A stretch of 64,000 nucleotides of DNA, from the NCBI GenBank assembly GCA_021513695.1, contig CP084166.1:1920001-1984000 (forward strand), in the 5' to 3' direction. Below, piece by piece: positions 60,865 through 64,000 of this stretch. Below the pieces are notes generated by a model. That model was given only the letters and a program-made list of their open reading frames with translations, searched no databases and was not told the DNA's origin. Position 1 is the first letter of the stretch. Each line of letters starts with the position of its first letter. The translations under genes were made by a program, and so were the position numbers. The stretch comes from Candidatus Heimdallarchaeum aukensis. Lineage in GTDB: Archaea > Asgardarchaeota > Heimdallarchaeia > Heimdallarchaeales > Heimdallarchaeaceae.

Positions 60865-61761
60865 TTAGAAAAAATCCTCTTCTTCAAACACCTTGTTTAC
60901 AATTTCTTTTATTACATCTTCTACTTGGCTTTCTACTCCATCCTCTAATTCTATCTTTGTAGCTAAAGCCATAATGCTGCTATCAATCCAAGAATCAATG
61001 TCATTAGGATCTAAAAATCGGATTATAGAAGCTAAATCTATTGCTCCACGGATTGAGGAACCTCTCCTTAGATCAGGCCAATCCCTTGTTTTTCTAACAA
61101 TTCTTACAGCAATTTTTACAATTTTATCGTCTTTTATTCCTGTTTTTACACGAACAATATTTTCTTCTTCTTCTTCAGATTGATAATTTAAACGAACCCA
61201 AACAAATCTATCTCTTAAAGCCTCACTTAATGGTGTTGTGGCTACAAGTTCTGCTGGATTCATAGCACTTATTATAAAGAAACCATCTTTAGCTTTCACT
61301 TCTCCTAATTTAGGCAAAATGATTGTACCCTCATCCATTGCAGCTAATAAAACATTTTGAGTACCTTCAGGCATACGGTTAAGTTCATTAAGAAAAAGTA
61401 TAGCTCCATCTTGCATAGCTTTTGTTAATGCTCCTGTGACAAAAGATTCCCAGCTATATCCTTTTTCTATTACCATAGGGGGATCAAAGTGCCCCACTAA
61501 TTTTGAACTACTATAACGCTCATCTCCGTCCACTCTTTCAATATTTTGTGAGAAGTAGGAAGCAATAGCATGAGCTAATGTAGTTTTTCCTACACCTACA
61601 TCTCCTTCTAATAAAATATGTCTTTCAGCTAGTTTGGCAGCTAAGCATTTTCTGAGTTCTCTTTCACGACCCACAATATTATATTTATCTTGTATCTCGC
61701 TAATCATCTCATCAATAGTCTTCTCTTGTTTCGCAACGCTTTTTGCAGTCATTTTAACCAC
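60865..61761 (-). CDS. MoxR-family AAA+ ATPase
   Basis: LLEGDVGVGKTTLAHAIA Walker A and a typical MoxR length (298 aa). Confidence 0.8.
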   Translation of the reverse strand: MVKMTAKSVAKQEKTIDEMISEIQDKYNIVGRERELRKCLAAKLAERHILLEGDVGVGKTTLAHAIASYFSQNIERVDGDERYSSSKLVGHFDPPMVIEKGYSWESFVTGALTKAMQDGAILFLNELNRMPEGTQNVLLAAMDEGTIILPKLGEVKAKDGFFIISAMNPAELVATTPLSEALRDRFVWVRLNYQSEEEEENIVRVKTGIKDDKIVKIAVRIVRKTRDWPDLRRGSSIRGAIDLASIIRFLDPNDIDSWIDSSIMALATKIELEDGVESQVEDVIKEIVNKVFEEEDFF

Positions 61762-62055
61762 TTATATTTGTAAACAACTATAATTTTAGTATACTCCACT
61801 TTGTGTTTTATATAGTTTTAGATTCAGCTTATTTCTTACACATATTTTTGCAGAGTATAATTGTTACTGCTGTTTGATATGTGTTTTATATAGTTTTAGA
61901 TAATGTTCAAGTTAAAAGTAATAAAAGGCTAAATACCCAAAGTGATATACAAAAAAGATTGCTACCTGATTAAAAATAGATAATAGTTGTTACTGCCATC
62001 AGAATTGATTAAAAAAAAATTAAAGATCAAGGCTTCTTAACGGAAATAATTTTTT

Positions 62056-62079
62056 GATAGTGATAGTGATAGTGATAGG
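62056..62079. repeat. hexanucleotide microsatellite (GATAGT)x3-4
   Basis: Reads gatagtgatagtgatagtgatagg. The same CTATCACTATCA motif occurs on the other strand around 18398..18440. Confidence 0.8.
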
Positions 62080-62281
62080 AATAATAATAACGATAGCAAT
62101 TGCATAATAATATCGAAACAGAAAATGTTAAAACGTAAGTGGAGAGCCAAAGCGGAAAAATGAGAAATCTTACCACACCACATAATATTATGTGGTAAGA
62201 TATTTCAATCAAGCAAAGTGGGTTTCCAGCCGAATAACAACAAAAATCAACTAAAAATGAGCTGAAAGACAAAATAAAACT

Positions 62282-62728
62282 TTATTTAGAAATTAGATCA
62301 GGAATTGAATGAATGTCTAGTTCACCATAAGCATTCAACAGCTTTTTAGTTACAGAATAATAACGTTGTGAAACATTTCCACGTCTTGTCAATAAACCTT
62401 CATCAGCCATTCTTGATAAGGTTGTACTTACAGTACTTAATCGTATGCCTTCATTAAAGATCTTTGAGTATAGTATTTCTATGTCATTAGATGTAAACCA
62501 ATCATTTTCAGGATAATGATTTCTCACAATAGAAGCTATTCTTTCCTTTTTTGAAGCACTTAGAAGCTCATTCTGGGTATTTATTTTGGTTACTTCCTCT
62601 TCGTCCTCGGTTATTTCACCTTTTCCTGTAACTAAAGAAATAATAGTTCTAATGGTCTCGGTGCTAGATCCCTCTGGTACGCTAATAATAGTACCATCAG
62701 GAAGTTTAATTGTAATCTCTTTACCCAT
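62282..62728 (-). CDS. hypothetical protein, possible winged-helix DNA-binding regulator
   Basis: 148 aa with a C-terminal helix-turn-helix-like segment, LSTVSTTLSRMADEGLLTRRG. Confidence 0.4.
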   Translation of the reverse strand: MGKEITIKLPDGTIISVPEGSSTETIRTIISLVTGKGEITEDEEEVTKINTQNELLSASKKERIASIVRNHYPENDWFTSNDIEILYSKIFNEGIRLSTVSTTLSRMADEGLLTRRGNVSQRYYSVTKKLLNAYGELDIHSIPDLISK

Positions 62729-63242
62729 TAGAACTCACTTAGTAATTCTATTATTATATATCGCATATTCATTTATAAAACTACATATTACCAATAGTAC
62801 TTTGGTGAGGTATTACAATAAAAGGTATTCTTTTTTTCTAGCCAGTAATATCACACTTAGAAAGGGTATAATCACTTTTTTTAAAAAAAAGTCAGTAATT
62901 TATAAACGATTTTAAAAGATGTAAAGATACCCGTTTATTTCTATTCGAGAATATATAATTTATTTAAGAGTGAAAAATATGATTTTCAAAAAGTTTATAT
63001 ATATAGAAGTTTGCAAAACTATGGGAGGGTATGTACTTTTAGTATATTAACTAATAGAGAAATTAGGTATGCAGTAAGTAAAGTTCCAGTTGACGTGTAC
63101 GGGAGTCTGTGCTTCTTTAAAAGACATTTTTATAGATTTGTACACATTTGCTTTAAAACCATATTTCATCATAGTTTTTTTTCGATAAGCAACTTCTTTG
63201 CTCTTCCAATAAGTTTAATAAAAAAAATCAACATTTTCGCTT

Positions 63243-63521
63243 ATGGTTACAAGAGTTCATTTTTGTCAGAAATGTGGACGCCCTATTAAAAGATCTGGAT
63301 ATTGTGAAGATTGTGCCTCTGAATTAAACGTAGGAATAAAAAATCGTTGTTCATTTTGTGGAAAAAGTAATTTAATGTCTCCTTTAGCTTATAACTTAAA
63401 AACTAAACATGTTTATTGTAAGACTTGTTTAGATCTTTTTGTAAAAGGACTTCGTTCTAATCATTTTACAGAACATGAAATTAAGAAAATAATTGATAAA
63501 GATTTTATCCCTGTTAGGTAG
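63243..63521 (+). CDS. zinc-ribbon protein (hypothetical)
   Basis: 92 aa with two CxxC pairs, CQKCG...CEDC and CSFCG...CKTC. Confidence 0.4.
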   Translation: MVTRVHFCQKCGRPIKRSGYCEDCASELNVGIKNRCSFCGKSNLMSPLAYNLKTKHVYCKTCLDLFVKGLRSNHFTEHEIKKIIDKDFIPVR

Positions 63522-64000
63522 TTATTGTTTTTTTATTATTTCATTTACACCAATTATTATTCCTAAATATGTTATTAGATAATTCAAAAAGCACAATAAT
63601 GAAATTTTCATACCTAACAATTTAGTAATAGTAATTTCTACAATGAAGTATTTGATAATAACTAAACCAAGTAAAAAGCTTAATACAAGTCCTGGAATAG
63701 TATTTAAACTCATATCATTTAACATACAATTCCGAAGTACTCTTTTTTTAGTTCCTATCTTATACATTAGTTTTATGTCGTCAGAATTTTCACTTACCAA
63801 TAGGATTCCAAAAGCTAGAAATCTTGTTAAAGTTATTATAAAAAGAATACCATAAATTGAGTTTACTAAATTAATTACATTCCACAGTCCTTTTATCTTT
63901 TTTTCAACGATTTCTGTGATATTGGATACTCGGTAATTACTTTCCTCAGCACTAGTATATATTTTACTAATTATATCACTTTTCACAGATTTAATAAGAA
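63522..64000 (-). CDS. FtsX/MacB-like permease, C-terminal part (the gene continues past the window end)
   Basis: Three C-terminal TM helices with an FtsX-like spacing. The frame is open to nt 64000. Confidence 0.4.
   Translation of the reverse strand, partial: LIKSVKSDIISKIYTSAEESNYRVSNITEIVEKKIKGLWNVINLVNSIYGILFIITLTRFLAFGILLVSENSDDIKLMYKIGTKKRVLRNCMLNDMSLNTIPGLVLSFLLGLVIIKYFIVEITITKLLGMKISLLCFLNYLITYLGIIIGVNEIIKKQ

Noticed and set aside
62027-62272. 81-aa ORF encoding YHYHYHYQ
   Set aside because: It is the translation of the (GATAGT)n microsatellite and surrounding AT-rich intergenic sequence, so it is unlikely to be a gene.

Overview
This is a gene-dense, AT-rich archaeal chromosomal segment. 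It uses Shine-Dalgarno sites (e.g. aggagg before the ATG at 12163) that match the CCUCCU end of its own 16S rRNA. The lineage cannot be assigned from sequence alone; PolD (DP1 and DP2), an unlinked 16S gene and intron-containing tRNAs are compatible with a small-genome euryarchaeal or DPANN-type archaeon.

Features I can support:
- **Housekeeping genes:** L10e (partial), type IA topoisomerase, EF-1alpha, L30e, PolD small subunit and PolD large subunit (the latter interrupted by a 541-aa LAGLIDADG intein), RPA, AglB oligosaccharyltransferase, pyruvate phosphate dikinase, NAD synthetase, SurE, SDR, UbiD-like decarboxylase, an ABC exporter set, a MoxR-vWA pair, an Sm-like protein and an archaeosortase-like protein.
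- **RNA genes:** a complete stand-alone 16S rRNA gene (9055..10531) whose canonical pre-rRNA processing stem can be read directly from the flanks, and three tRNAs that all encode a 3' CCA (Ser-TGA; Arg-TCT with an anticodon-loop intron; Thr-GGT with a non-canonical T-arm intron).

The most unusual region lies immediately downstream of the 16S gene.
- A 130-134 bp segment comprising the last 20 nt of 16S, a GC hairpin and the 3' processing-stem arm is duplicated as a direct repeat 6.65 kb downstream.
- The two repeat copies bracket an island. Its main gene encodes a membrane-anchored NACHT/STAND NTPase fused to about 22 near-identical 22-aa leucine-rich repeats, i.e. an NLR-like protein (1171 aa). 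The island also carries two unknown ORFs and a 91-aa fragment paralogous to an internal part of the NLR-like gene.
- Between the first repeat copy and the island lies an inverted, decayed copy of the 16S 3' terminus embedded in long polypyrimidine tracts.
- A free-standing LAGLIDADG homing-endonuclease gene with atypical T-rich codon usage directly follows the second repeat copy.

Other notable items are a candidate oriC (inverted ORB elements around an AT-rich stretch) upstream of the PolD large-subunit gene, a second free-standing LAGLIDADG-like gene between ppdK and nadE, and a KaiC-like/Roadblock/small-GTPase operon.
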